DNA from: an uncultured Candidatus Rokubacteria bacterium
Lineage (GTDB): Bacteria; Methylomirabilota; Methylomirabilia; Rokubacteriales; DASRDR01
Direction of reading: 5' to 3'
Length of the DNA stretch: 64,000 nucleotides
Assembly: GCA_963826115.1 (NCBI GenBank)
Contig: CAWGVS010000005.1
Coordinates: forward strand, 1,760,001 to 1,824,000
Part shown: piece after piece, positions 1 to 9,684 of the stretch
Layout: the number at the start of each line of letters is the position of its first letter
Numbering within the stretch: position 1 is the stretch's first letter
Translations under genes and position numbers: made by a program
The notes under the pieces: generated by a model
Told to the model about the DNA's origin: nothing
What the model saw: the letters and a program-made list of their open reading frames with translations, nothing else
The model's database searches: none

Positions 1-11
1 TCACCGAGGCC

Positions 12-929
12 ATGCTGGTCTCCTACGTGGAGACGGCCGCGACGAACGCCGCGACGCTCCGTCTCGAGGCGGACCTCGTGATGGTCCACGACCTGCCGGC
101 CCTGCCCCTCGTCCGGCACCGGCCGGAGCGCGGACGGTGGGCGTGGCGCTGCCATGCCGACCTCTCCCACGCCTGGCGGCGGGCGTGGCACCTCGTGCGC
201 CGTGACCTCGAGCGCTACGACACGGTCGTGTACTCGATGCCGAAGTTCGCCCAGCGGGTCCGCGTCCCGATGCTGGTGGTCCATCCCTCGATCGACCCGC
301 TCGGGGAGAAGAACCGGGAGCTCGGGCGAAGCGACGTCCGCGAGGTGCTGACCCGGTTGGCGATCCCGCGGGACAAGCCGCTCCTCGTGCAGATCGCGGC
401 CTACTCGCGCGCCACTGATCCCAAGCGAGCGCTGGCCGCCTTCCGCCTGGCGCGGAAGTACGTCCCGTCCCGCCTCGTGCTGGCCGGGTGGGGCGCGACC
501 GACAATCCGGAAGGCAGCGCCGTCCTGGCGGAGCTGCGCGAGGCCGTGGGTCAGGACCCGGACGTCCACGTGCTCGTGATGCCGCCCGACGCGGCGCGGG
601 AGCTCAACGCGCTCCAGCGCGCGGCAACGGTGGTGCTGCATCTTCCGAGACAGGAAGGCTTCGGCCTGACCGTCGCCGAGGCGATGTGGAAGGGGAAGCC
701 CGTCGTCGGCAGCGTTGCCGGCGGCATCCCCGCGCAGGTCCTCTCCGAGGTGACCGGCTACACCGTGGGCTCGGTCGAGGGCGCGGCGTTCCGGATCCGC
801 CAGCTCCTCCAGAGCCCCGACCTCGCCGCGCGCCTGGGCGGCGCCGCGCGCGAGTACGTCCGCCGGAACTTCCTCTTGCCGCGCCACCTCGGCGACTACC
901 TGGCGCTCCTCGCCCACATGACGGCCTAG
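12..929 (+). CDS. GT4 glycosyltransferase, trehalose synthase TreT-like (5' end probably upstream of the window)
   Basis: Motifs VHD..P, WRCHADLS, PSIDPL..KN and EGFGLTVAEAMWKGKPVVG are typical of the TreT family. The reading frame is open back to the window edge. Confidence 0.8.
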   Translation: MLVSYVETAATNAATLRLEADLVMVHDLPALPLVRHRPERGRWAWRCHADLSHAWRRAWHLVRRDLERYDTVVYSMPKFAQRVRVPMLVVHPSIDPLGEKNRELGRSDVREVLTRLAIPRDKPLLVQIAAYSRATDPKRALAAFRLARKYVPSRLVLAGWGATDNPEGSAVLAELREAVGQDPDVHVLVMPPDAARELNALQRAATVVLHLPRQEGFGLTVAEAMWKGKPVVGSVAGGIPAQVLSEVTGYTVGSVEGAAFRIRQLLQSPDLAARLGGAAREYVRRNFLLPRHLGDYLALLAHMTA

Positions 930-938
930 CAGACGCTC

Positions 939-2180
939 GTGGCCGACGGCCTCGCGCTCGAGACCGCGCTCCCCGCCGACGGCATCGCCGCCGTCGAGGC
1001 CCTCGGGCCCGTGGAGGCCCTGGTCGCGGTCACGGGTCTCAACCAGTCGCGGACTGCCCCCGCCGTCGTCGGCGCGGCGGCCGCCGGACTCGGGCGGCTC
1101 GCGGGGCGGAAAGTGGCAGTGCTCTTCGTCGACGGCGGATCCCAGGACGGCACCCTCGAGGCCGTCCACCAGCGAGCGGCGGAGGCTCCGGAAGCGCCGC
1201 TCGCCACCGCGCGCGTGGCCGGCCGCCCCGGACGGGGCCGGGCGGTGGCCGCCGCCCTGGCGGCGGCGCGACACGTCGGCGCGCGCGCGACCGCCGTGGT
1301 CGATGCCGGGCTCGTCAGCCTTGCCCCCGAGTGGGTGGAACCGCTGCTCCGCCCCGCGCTCGACGGCGAGGCCGACTATGTCTCGCCCGTGTACCGGCGG
1401 GCGCTCACCGAGGGGACGCTGACGACGAACCTCCTCGCCCCGTTGGTGCGATCCCTCTTCGGCCGGCGTCTCGAGGAGGTGCTCGGGGGCTGCGCCGCGG
1501 TGTCGGCGGCGCTGCTCGAGGCGCTCCCACCGGCTGAGGCGTGGGACGACGAGCCGACGGGCCAGGGCACGGAGATGCGGCTCCTCGGCGAAGCCCTGGC
1601 GGGTCCGCGGATCCTCGTCGAGGTCCAGCTCGGCCGGAAGCAGCTCGACCCCGGGGCCGCGCCGTCCGATCTCGCCCACACCGTGAGCGACGCGGTGGGC
1701 GCGCTGTTCCGGCTCATGGAGCGACACGAGGACCAGTGGCAGGACGTGCGCGGGAGCCGGCCCGTCCCGCGTCGCGGCCAGGCCGAGGCGGCCCCGCCAA
1801 GCCCCGGCGATCTCAGGCCCGACCGGATGGTCCGGGCGTTCCACCTCGGCCTCAAGGACCTCCTCCCGCTGTGGGAGCAGTCCCTGACCGAGGAGACGCT
1901 CTCGCAGCTATACCCGCTCGGGCTCCTCGAGCCCGACGACTTTCGATTCCCGCCGCTCCTGTGGGCGCGCGTGGTCGGCGAGTTTGCCGTGGCCCACCAC
2001 GAGCGTCGGCTTCCGCGGGACCACCTCCTGCGGGCGCTGACGCCGCTCTATCTCGGGCGGGTCGCGGCATTCGTGCTCGAAACCCGGGCCGGATCCTCGC
2101 GCGAGAGCGCCGACGCGCTCGAGCGTGTGAGCCTGGCCTTCGAGGCCGAGAAGTCCACCCTCTCGGCCCGATGGAGGTAG
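939..2180 (+). CDS. GT2-like glucosylglycerate/mannosylglycerate synthase-family protein
   Basis: VDGGSQDGT, GRPGRG, PEWVEPLLRP, DYVSPVYRR..GTLT and LTPLYLGRVA match Ggs-like proteins. The DxD motif reads DAG. Confidence 0.7.
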   Translation: MADGLALETALPADGIAAVEALGPVEALVAVTGLNQSRTAPAVVGAAAAGLGRLAGRKVAVLFVDGGSQDGTLEAVHQRAAEAPEAPLATARVAGRPGRGRAVAAALAAARHVGARATAVVDAGLVSLAPEWVEPLLRPALDGEADYVSPVYRRALTEGTLTTNLLAPLVRSLFGRRLEEVLGGCAAVSAALLEALPPAEAWDDEPTGQGTEMRLLGEALAGPRILVEVQLGRKQLDPGAAPSDLAHTVSDAVGALFRLMERHEDQWQDVRGSRPVPRRGQAEAAPPSPGDLRPDRMVRAFHLGLKDLLPLWEQSLTEETLSQLYPLGLLEPDDFRFPPLLWARVVGEFAVAHHERRLPRDHLLRALTPLYLGRVAAFVLETRAGSSRESADALERVSLAFEAEKSTLSARWR

Positions 2181-2182
2181 CG

Positions 2183-2887
2183 ATGCAACAGCAATGGAGC
2201 AACATCGTCCTCGACGCGATGCGGGACGTGGCTCACCGGATCCTGCTCGTGACGCCGCGGCTCCTGGCCGCGGTCACGTTGGTCCTCCTGGGGTGGGTCG
2301 TGGCCGCGCTGGTGCGGCGGCTCACCGCCCGCATCCTGGCCGCCGCCGACCTCGACGTGCGCTGCGCGCGCTGGGGGCTGACCGGCGTGCTCGGTCGCGG
2401 CGGGCACCGGCCCTCGCCGACCGAGATCCTCTCCCGGCTGGCATACTGGGCCATATTCCTGGTCGGGCTCCTGATGGCCGTGGAGGCCCTGGAGATGCCG
2501 GGGACCCGCGGCGCCCTCGCGGCCCTCCTCGCGTTCCTGCCGCACGTCCTGGTGGCGGTCCTGGTCGTGACGGGCGGATGGGTCCTGGCCCAGTTCCTCG
2601 CTCAGGCTGCCCTGATCGCCGCGGTGAACGCCCAGGTGGCGGGCGCGTCGCTCCTGGCCGCGACGGTCCGCTGGCTCGTCCTGATCGTGGCCGCCGCCGT
2701 GGCCCTGACGGAGGTCGGCGTCGCGCGGGAGATGGTCTTGCTCGTGTTCGGGATCGCCTTCGGCGGCGCGGTCCTGGCACTGTCGCTCGCGTTCGGGCTG
2801 GGCGCCCGCGAGCTGGCGCGGCAGGCTCTCGAGAGCTATCTCACCCGGGCGCGCCAGGACCCGGGCAACCCCGTCTCGCACGTCTGA
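2183..2887 (+). CDS. MscS-associated TM-helix repeat membrane protein (CmpX-like)
   Basis: ATG at 2183 after GGAGG. Repeated P.LLAA...LLGW.VA helices and a C-terminal ALSLAFGLG.RE.A motif. Confidence 0.75.
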   Translation: MQQQWSNIVLDAMRDVAHRILLVTPRLLAAVTLVLLGWVVAALVRRLTARILAAADLDVRCARWGLTGVLGRGGHRPSPTEILSRLAYWAIFLVGLLMAVEALEMPGTRGALAALLAFLPHVLVAVLVVTGGWVLAQFLAQAALIAAVNAQVAGASLLAATVRWLVLIVAAAVALTEVGVAREMVLLVFGIAFGGAVLALSLAFGLGARELARQALESYLTRARQDPGNPVSHV

Positions 2888-2888
2888 C

Positions 2889-2929
2889 GCATGGGCGGCT
2901 CGACGGCCGAGAGGGTCGACCGCCCGTGC
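2889..2929. terminator. Inverted repeat between convergent genes (possible bidirectional terminator)
   Basis: GCATGGGCGG(C)TCGAC ... GTCGACCGCCCGTGC stem; no U-tract. Confidence 0.4.
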
Positions 2930-2940
2930 TTCGGAGACTT

Positions 2941-3630
2941 CTACGCCATCCGGGCAATGAGACGCGCGGCGGCGCCGACGTCCGTGGCCTTCGGGCAGTC
3001 GTCGACGGCCCAGGCGCCGACCGGATCGAGGAGGATCGCTCGAACCCCCGCCGCTCGAGCTCCGAGAACGTCGACCGAGTAGAGGTCGCCCACGTGGACG
3101 GCCTCGCCCGGCTTCACCCCCAGGAGGTCGGCCGCGTGGCGGAAGATCCGCGGGTCGGGCTTCTCGAAGCCGACGACGGCCGAGTCCACCACGGCGTCGA
3201 CCCGGCGCGCGAGGTCGAGCGCCTCGAGGATGCGCGCCACCGTGCCGTTCGAGTTCGACACCACGGCCAGCCTGAGGCCGAGCTCTCGCAGCGCGTCCAG
3301 GGCACCCGGCGCCTCCGGCAGGCAGACCGACCAGAGGCCGAGCGGCGGATTGGCGGCGCGGAGGGCGGCCACCACTCGCTCACCGCCGTCGCTCCAGAGG
3401 ATGCCGAGCTCCGCCAGCATGTACCCGACGTAGCGGGCGAAGACGTCCGCGGTCTCCGTCGAGCGGGCGGCGAGATCGGGATCGAGCCGGACCCGGGCCC
3501 GCACCTCCGCCAGGCCCACGGCGGGCGCCGCTACCGGGCGACAGGCCTCCCCGATACAGCGGGCGATGGTGTCGTAGTCGAGCCCGACGAGGGTGTTCCC
3601 CGCGTCCAGGAAGACCGCGCGGAGCGGCAT
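2941..3630 (-). CDS. HAD-superfamily hydrolase (subfamily IA)
   Basis: FLDAGNTL motif I, VVSN motif II, KPDPRIF and HVGDLYSVD motifs. ATG at 3630 lies directly after the upstream stop. Confidence 0.9.
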   Translation of the reverse strand: MPLRAVFLDAGNTLVGLDYDTIARCIGEACRPVAAPAVGLAEVRARVRLDPDLAARSTETADVFARYVGYMLAELGILWSDGGERVVAALRAANPPLGLWSVCLPEAPGALDALRELGLRLAVVSNSNGTVARILEALDLARRVDAVVDSAVVGFEKPDPRIFRHAADLLGVKPGEAVHVGDLYSVDVLGARAAGVRAILLDPVGAWAVDDCPKATDVGAAARLIARMA

Positions 3631-3631
3631 C

Positions 3632-4246
3632 CTACTTCTTGACCCAGTCACCTCGATCGGTCTGGATCCACTGGCCCCCCGCCGCCCGATCGCGGTAGGC
3701 CTTGGCGAACGACGCCTTCACGCGACCGACCTCCGACGGCGCCATCTTGTTCTGGCGCATGAAGGTCTCGACGATGGCCTGACGGTCGGCGTTCTCCGCG
3801 CCGATCAGACCGGCCACCTCGCCGGTGCAGCCCTGTCCGGGACGGGTCTCGACGAAGCCCTGGTTGTTCTCGCCCACGCAGCCGCGCGTCTGCCATTGCT
3901 GGAGGGCGCCCAGGCGCCGGTTCTGCGACTCGGCCAGGCGGCGGAGCTCCTCGCTGTCCGTCCTGGGCGCCTGGGCGACGACGAGACGCTCTTCGGCCCC
4001 GGCCTCCCGGGGCCCGAAAGGCGCGAGCCAGCGGTCGAGGCTCGAGCCCGGTTTCGGCGCCGTGCCTGCCGCGGGTGGCGTTTCGCGTGACCCGCCGGGC
4101 GGCCGGCGGCTCATGTCGACTATCTGGCTCGCCGCGTCGTCGAGCTTCTCCTGCGGGAAGGTGATGTTCACGGTCACCGGGACGCAGGCGGCGAGCCCCA
4201 CCGCCAGCGCGAAGGCGCCCGCGCGGCGCCCGAGGCCGGCGATCAT
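3632..4246 (-). CDS. YdbL/DUF1318-family lipoprotein with YnbE-like N-terminus (copy 2)
   Basis: Lipobox LAAC, CVPVTVNITFP, GCVGENNQG, AENADR and GQWIQ..G.W motifs. Confidence 0.8.
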   Translation of the reverse strand: MIAGLGRRAGAFALAVGLAACVPVTVNITFPQEKLDDAASQIVDMSRRPPGGSRETPPAAGTAPKPGSSLDRWLAPFGPREAGAEERLVVAQAPRTDSEELRRLAESQNRRLGALQQWQTRGCVGENNQGFVETRPGQGCTGEVAGLIGAENADRQAIVETFMRQNKMAPSEVGRVKASFAKAYRDRAAGGQWIQTDRGDWVKK

Positions 4247-4281
4247 TCCGTGGTTCGCGCGCCGTCTCCGAACGACGCCGG

Positions 4282-4842
4282 TCACGACTTCCTCACCCAC
4301 TGGCCGCCCTCGAGCTGGATCCAGTCGTTCGGGCGCGATCGCTCCTGACGGGCCTTCGCGAAGGCGCTGCGCACCCGCGGGGTATCGGAGGTCGGGATGT
4401 TGTTGTCCTTCATGAACGCGCTGTAGATGATCTGCCGGTCCGCATTCTCGGCACGGATCAGCTCGGCGACCTCGGGGCCGCATCCCTCGCCCGGCCGCGC
4501 CACCAGGAGTCCCTGGTTCGTCTCGCCCATGCACCCCTTGCTCTTCCACTCGCGGAGGTCGGATCGGCGGGCGCGTCGATTGTCGGTCGCCTTCGCGACC
4601 TCGGGCGTCTTCGCGTCGATGCTGGGCGTGGCCGCCACGTCGACGCGGTTCCCCGACGGCCGAGACGCGGGCGGCGGAGCGGACGCGCCAGCAGGCTGGG
4701 CCGGCAGCTCCTCGATGTGCCGCGCGGCGGTGTCGAGCTTGTCCTGAGGAAAGGTGACGTTCACCGTCACCGGAACGCACGCCGCCAGGGCAAACGTCAG
4801 CGTCGTGGCGGCCACCGCGCGAGCCCCTCGCCTCCAGATCAT
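4282..4842 (-). CDS. YdbL/DUF1318-family lipoprotein with YnbE-like N-terminus (copy 1)
   Basis: Lipobox LAAC, CVPVTVNVTFP, GCMGETNQG, AENADRQIIY and WIQLEGGQW. ATG at 4842 preceded by GGGGAG. Confidence 0.8.
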   Translation of the reverse strand: MIWRRGARAVAATTLTFALAACVPVTVNVTFPQDKLDTAARHIEELPAQPAGASAPPPASRPSGNRVDVAATPSIDAKTPEVAKATDNRRARRSDLREWKSKGCMGETNQGLLVARPGEGCGPEVAELIRAENADRQIIYSAFMKDNNIPTSDTPRVRSAFAKARQERSRPNDWIQLEGGQWVRKS

Positions 4843-4880
4843 CGTCCGCTCCCCTCTCCGGTCGTTCCGCGCCCGCGCTC

Positions 4881-7466
4881 TCACAGGCCCGGGAACTGCT
4901 TGGCCAGGAATGCGATCGGCATGTCGATCACGTTGATCGCCTTGACGCGGGGCGGGAAGATGCCGAGGAACTCCCGCCCCTTGAGGCTCAGGCTCACGTG
5001 GATCCCGCCGTTCGGCGTGTTCACGCTCGCCTCCGCCGACTTGAACTCGAACTCGCGGAGGTTGCCGAGGGCGGTCTTGACGACGCCGGTCGGATCCGCC
5101 GCGGACCACGCGAGGAGGCGATCGAGCAGCTCGATCGTCACCGTCCCGCCCTCGGGCACCAAGAGCCGGCCGTCCGCGGCGATCCGGCCTTCGCCGTAGC
5201 GCACGTCCAGATCGTACCGCAGGAGACCCGTCATCGTGCCGCCGTGGATCCCGTACGCCGCGATGAACTCGTCGATGCGCACGCCCTCGCCGGCGACCTT
5301 GGCCTGTGCGGTCAGGCCGTTGGTGAAATCGAGGTCGACCGTGCCCCAACCCTTGCCGGAGTAGAGGGCGTAGCGGAGGTCGGTCAGCGATACCCGCTGG
5401 TCGACCGCTCGCGCGCGCGCCGTGACGTCGTAGAGCACGACGCCGTACCCGATGACCTCCCCCACCTTCAGGCTCCCGTCCACAGGGACGCCCACCCACG
5501 GGGCCGCGCCGCCCTGGAGCACCGGCACGTCGGCCGAGAGGTCGCGGAGGCTCAGCCGGCCGTCCAGCATCTCCACCGTGGGCGCCTCGAGGCTCAGCCG
5601 GCCCTGGTAGGCCGAGAACGTCATGTCTGGTGACTCGAGCTCCAGGGTGGCCGATCCGGTAACCTGCCGCGTGACCGACGGCCAGAGCGTGGAGAGGCGC
5701 TCCAGCGCCGGAATCCGCGCCGTCAGCCGGACGGGATCCCTGGATCCGGCAGCCGGCGCTCCGAGGTCAGCCTGGAGCACTTCCCGACGCTGGGCGTCGC
5801 GCGCCACGAAGGTGGCCCGCGTGAGGCGGGGGCCGCCGGCGTCGCGCACCAGGTCGGCGGAGCCCTCGAGGCGCTCGAGCGTTCCGTCGAAGAAGGACAG
5901 CGCTCCCCGCACGCGCTCGACCTCGTACCCCACGGTCACGCTGCCCGACCGGGCCGTCGCCTGCACGCGCGCGCTCTGGACGGTGGCCTCGCCCGCGGGC
6001 TGGCGGAGCGCGAGGTCGCGGATCTCGGCCTCGACCTTGCCGTCGCTCCAGGCCCGGGCGTCCAGGCCGGTCACGACGACGCGGGCGCCGCCGGCGCGAA
6101 GCTGATCCGACGGTCCGAGCCAGTCCCCGCCGAAATGCCGGGCGAGCGGGTCGAGGCGCCCGCCGCTCGTTTCGAGCCGGGCGTCGACGCGCGCCCGCGG
6201 AACGTCGTACGCCACGGTGCCACGGAGCGGAGTCCCGAGCGCCTGGGCCGTGAGGCCGGTCAGCTCGAGGCGCGTCGGGCGTCCGCTCGCGTCCAGGTCG
6301 ATGCGGAACGGAGTGGCCACCGGCGCGAGCGGCAGCCCGGCAACCTCCACCCGCTCGCCGCGAAGCTCTCCGCGCGCCGACGCGCCGTCCGGCCGTGGCT
6401 CCAGCGCGACCTTCGCCTCGACGTTGCGGGCCAGCACGTCCGACCCGACGGCGGAGGCCGGGAGCGTCGCGTCGAGCACGCGAAGGGTGACGCGCGCCTC
6501 CGGCCATCCGCCGCGCTCGGGCATCCAGGTGACCTCGCCGTCGGCGAGCTCCGCGCGTCCCTTCACGGGGCCCGCCAGCCCCGCGAGCGCCCACGCGAGC
6601 GCGAGGTCCGCCGTGCCGCGCATCTCGCCAAGACGCAGCCGCTTGTCCTGGAATGAGAGCGTGCTCTCGAACGCCACCGCGTCCCCGAGGCGCGCGCTCA
6701 ATCGGCCGGCGGCGCGGTCGCCCGGGGAGAGGCCGAGCTGCGCCCGGAGGTCGAGCGGCGACGTCCGCGCGGCCTCCACGAGCGTGCCCGGGAGCCAGGG
6801 GGACAGCGCCGCCATGTCGCCCTTGCCCTCGAGATCCAGGCGGACGGTGTCGCCGTCGGCCCGCGCCGAGAGCCCTAGGGTCATCCGGGCGCGCGTCGCG
6901 TCGCGCAGCAGGATCTCCCCGCGTGCGTCGCCGCTGCCCTTGTGGAGGGTCGCGTCGAACGTCAGATCCTCGGGCGTCGCCCCGGGCGTCTTGACGACGC
7001 CCCCCGCGATGGCGATGTCGAGCAGCGCGCCGCTCGCGAGGAAGCTGGCCAGCCCCTGCCGGAGCCCCTCCAGCGCCGCGGCGCCCGCCGCGCCACCGCC
7101 GCCCGCGACGATCGTCGGGCGGGTCACCAGCAACCTGACGGGCGCCGGGTCCCCCTTCGCGGCGGACAGGAGCGGGCCGGAGGCCTCGACGGCGTCCGCC
7201 TTCATCTCGGCCGGCCAGCCGAGAGCCGCCGGCAGCCGGACACCGCGGAGGACGACCCGCGACGGCCCGAAGTCGCTGACCCGATCGATCTCCACGCCTC
7301 GCCCGAGAGCCTGGCTGAGCGCCGCGGCGAGGATCCGCGCCGAGCGCCGCTGGTCGGCGAGGACCAGGTAGCCGACGACCGCCACCACGGCGAGGGTCAG
7401 GAGGACCCCGGCGGCGAAGGCCACCACGACCCGGTGGCGCCCGACCCAATCCCGCAACACGCCCAT
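4881..7466 (-). CDS. YdbH/AsmA-like intermembrane lipid-bridge protein
   Basis: 861 aa with a single N-terminal TM anchor and a long beta-strand-rich body. C-terminal G.MTG.L...GG.V...AL.NL..F.F resembles the YdbH/DctA domain; adjacent to DUF1318 genes. Confidence 0.7.
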   Translation of the reverse strand: MGVLRDWVGRHRVVVAFAAGVLLTLAVVAVVGYLVLADQRRSARILAAALSQALGRGVEIDRVSDFGPSRVVLRGVRLPAALGWPAEMKADAVEASGPLLSAAKGDPAPVRLLVTRPTIVAGGGGAAGAAALEGLRQGLASFLASGALLDIAIAGGVVKTPGATPEDLTFDATLHKGSGDARGEILLRDATRARMTLGLSARADGDTVRLDLEGKGDMAALSPWLPGTLVEAARTSPLDLRAQLGLSPGDRAAGRLSARLGDAVAFESTLSFQDKRLRLGEMRGTADLALAWALAGLAGPVKGRAELADGEVTWMPERGGWPEARVTLRVLDATLPASAVGSDVLARNVEAKVALEPRPDGASARGELRGERVEVAGLPLAPVATPFRIDLDASGRPTRLELTGLTAQALGTPLRGTVAYDVPRARVDARLETSGGRLDPLARHFGGDWLGPSDQLRAGGARVVVTGLDARAWSDGKVEAEIRDLALRQPAGEATVQSARVQATARSGSVTVGYEVERVRGALSFFDGTLERLEGSADLVRDAGGPRLTRATFVARDAQRREVLQADLGAPAAGSRDPVRLTARIPALERLSTLWPSVTRQVTGSATLELESPDMTFSAYQGRLSLEAPTVEMLDGRLSLRDLSADVPVLQGGAAPWVGVPVDGSLKVGEVIGYGVVLYDVTARARAVDQRVSLTDLRYALYSGKGWGTVDLDFTNGLTAQAKVAGEGVRIDEFIAAYGIHGGTMTGLLRYDLDVRYGEGRIAADGRLLVPEGGTVTIELLDRLLAWSAADPTGVVKTALGNLREFEFKSAEASVNTPNGGIHVSLSLKGREFLGIFPPRVKAINVIDMPIAFLAKQFPGL

Positions 7467-7509
7467 GGCGGTCAGACGGCCGCGAGCGCGCCGGTAATCG
7501 CGCCCACGC

Positions 7510-8679
7510 TCAGTAGGATTTGGGCAGGCCGAGCACCCGCTCGGCCAGGTAGTTGAGCGCCATCTGCTGGGAGACGGGGGCGATCTTGTAGAGCCGCACC
7601 TCCCGCCAGAGGCGCTCGACGTCGAACTCCTTCGCGTAGCCGAAGCCGCCGAACGTCTGGAGCGCCGCGTCCGCCGCCTCGAAGCCGGCCTCCGCGGCCA
7701 GGACCTTGGCCGCGTTCGCCTCCGTGCCGCAGGGCTCGCCCCGATCGAAGAGCCAGGCGGCCCGGAGCGTGAGCTGCCAGGCGCCCTCGAGGCGCGCCCA
7801 CGCGAGCGCGAGCGGGTGCGCCACCGCCTGGTTCTGTCCGATGGGCCGGCCGAACACGATCCGCTCCCTCGCGTACGCGGCAGCGCGCTCCAGCGCGACG
7901 CGCCCGATCCCGATCGCCTCGCCGGCCACCAGGGCGCGCTCGGGGTTGAGCGAGTCCAGGAGGTGATAGAAGCCCCGCCCCACCTCGCCCACCACGTCCT
8001 CGTCCGCCACCCGGAGTCCGTCGATGATGACCTCGTTCGAGTCGACCGCCGCCCGGCCGAGCTTCTCGATCTCGCGGATCTCGACGGTGGCGGGATCGAG
8101 GTCCGCGACGAAGAGCGTCAATCCGTCGAGCTTCCTCGGGCCCACGGCGTCGTACGGCGTGGTCCGCGCCAGCAGGAGCATCTTGGCCGAGTGCCGCGCG
8201 TTGGACGTCCAGACCTTGCGCCCGCTCACGACCCAGCCCGCGCCGTCCCGGCGGGCGAGCGTCCGGATGCGGCTCGTGTCGCTCCCCGCGTCCGGCTCGG
8301 TGACGCCGAAGGCGAGGCTCAGCCGTCCCGCGGCGATCTCCGGCAGGATGCGTCGCCGCAGGTCCTCGCTACCGTGCCGGACGATGGGCATCGGCGGGAA
8401 CACGGCAAAGTGGACCGGGGACGCGCCCGACAGGCCCGCGCCGGAGGCGCAGATTGCCTCGAGCATGAGGACCGCCTCGGTCACGCCCAGGCCCGCGCCC
8501 CCGTACGCCTCGGGGATCGTGAGCCCGAGCCACCCCGCCTCGGCGAACGCCTGCACGAACTCGAGCGGATACTCCGCCTTCCGGTCCTTCTCCCGCCAGT
8601 ATTCCCAGCCGAAGCTTCGGGCCAGCGCCGACACCTGCCGGCGGATCTCGGCCTGGGGCTCGGAAAGGGCAAAGTCCAT
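7510..8679 (-). CDS. Acyl-CoA dehydrogenase
   Basis: MDFALSE start, VTEPDAGSD, G.KVWTS, R.VFGRPIGQNQ, FGGFGYAKEFDVERLWRE. Confidence 0.95.
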   Translation of the reverse strand: MDFALSEPQAEIRRQVSALARSFGWEYWREKDRKAEYPLEFVQAFAEAGWLGLTIPEAYGGAGLGVTEAVLMLEAICASGAGLSGASPVHFAVFPPMPIVRHGSEDLRRRILPEIAAGRLSLAFGVTEPDAGSDTSRIRTLARRDGAGWVVSGRKVWTSNARHSAKMLLLARTTPYDAVGPRKLDGLTLFVADLDPATVEIREIEKLGRAAVDSNEVIIDGLRVADEDVVGEVGRGFYHLLDSLNPERALVAGEAIGIGRVALERAAAYARERIVFGRPIGQNQAVAHPLALAWARLEGAWQLTLRAAWLFDRGEPCGTEANAAKVLAAEAGFEAADAALQTFGGFGYAKEFDVERLWREVRLYKIAPVSQQMALNYLAERVLGLPKSY

Positions 8680-8741
8680 CAGGGGTTCCCTGCGTTCAGT
8701 ATAGCCGGGCGCCCCGCGAGGCCATGCGAGAGTCCGCGCGT

Positions 8742-8771
8742 TTGACACGTCCGCCGCGGGTCCCGTAGGCT
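8742..8771 (+). promoter_or_regulatory. Sigma70-like promoter of the amidohydrolase gene (likely leaderless)
   Basis: TTGACA-N18-TAGGCT, 6 nt before ATG 8778. Confidence 0.55.
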
Positions 8772-8777
8772 CGGAGC

Positions 8778-9662
8778 ATGTCCTGCTGCGGGCCGAGCCG
8801 TCGCGCCGTCCTCAAGGGGCTCGCGCTCGCCGCCGTGCCGGCCGCGTCCCGCGGGGCGTCGGCCGCGGCGCCCTACGCGGGCCCCCTCATCGACGCCCAC
8901 TCGCACCTCAACTCGCCGGGCTCCATCGAGCCCCTGGTCGCCGCCATGGACCGGCACCGGATCGCGAAGGTCGCGCTCCTCGGGGTGGGCGGCGTCCAGA
9001 AGGACGACCCCGCGTGGATCACGAAGGCCGCCGAGCGGTTCCCCGACCGGGTCATCGCCGTCGCGCCGGTCCTCGATCCCCTGGCCCCGGACGCCGCGCG
9101 GCGCCTCGAGCAGGACCTCGCCACCGGCCGGTACCGGGGCGCCGGCGAGGTGCACGTCCACCAGGCGTCGCGCAACATCCGGCGCGCCATCGACTCGCCA
9201 CCCTTCCGGACGCTCCTCGACGTATGCGCCGGGCACGGCGCGCCGTTCGTGATCCACGACGAGCTGTCCGACGGCCTGGTCGCCGAGCTGGAGGGCGCGC
9301 TCGCCCAGAACCGGAAGGCGACCATCGTCCTGGCCCACGCGGGCAGCGCGGAGCCGGCGGTCCTCGCGGGGCTCCTCGCGCGCCACGAGAACCTCCACGT
9401 CGACCTCTCCGGCATGCACTTCCTGCGCACGCCGGCGCTGGCCACGGAGGCGGGGTCCCTCACGGCGGCGTGGCGGGGCCTGCTCACGGAGCGCGCCGAT
9501 CGGTTCCTGGCGGGGATCGACCTCTGGGCCCCGGCGCTCTTCGCGCCGGCGATGCTGGATCGGCTGATGACCTGGACCCGGCGGATCCTCGGGGAGATCC
9601 CGCCCGCCGCCGCCGAGCAGATCGCCCAGGCCAACGCGGCCCGGCTCTATCGCCTCCGGTAG
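8778..9662 (+). CDS. Tat-exported amidohydrolase-family (TIM-barrel) metallohydrolase
   Basis: SRRAVLK twin-arginine signal; IDAHSH, GAGEVH, IHD, LAHAG and GID metal-ligand motifs. Confidence 0.8.
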   Translation: MSCCGPSRRAVLKGLALAAVPAASRGASAAAPYAGPLIDAHSHLNSPGSIEPLVAAMDRHRIAKVALLGVGGVQKDDPAWITKAAERFPDRVIAVAPVLDPLAPDAARRLEQDLATGRYRGAGEVHVHQASRNIRRAIDSPPFRTLLDVCAGHGAPFVIHDELSDGLVAELEGALAQNRKATIVLAHAGSAEPAVLAGLLARHENLHVDLSGMHFLRTPALATEAGSLTAAWRGLLTERADRFLAGIDLWAPALFAPAMLDRLMTWTRRILGEIPPAAAEQIAQANAARLYRLR

Positions 9663-9684
9663 GCTCCCGTCGCGTCCGACGGGT

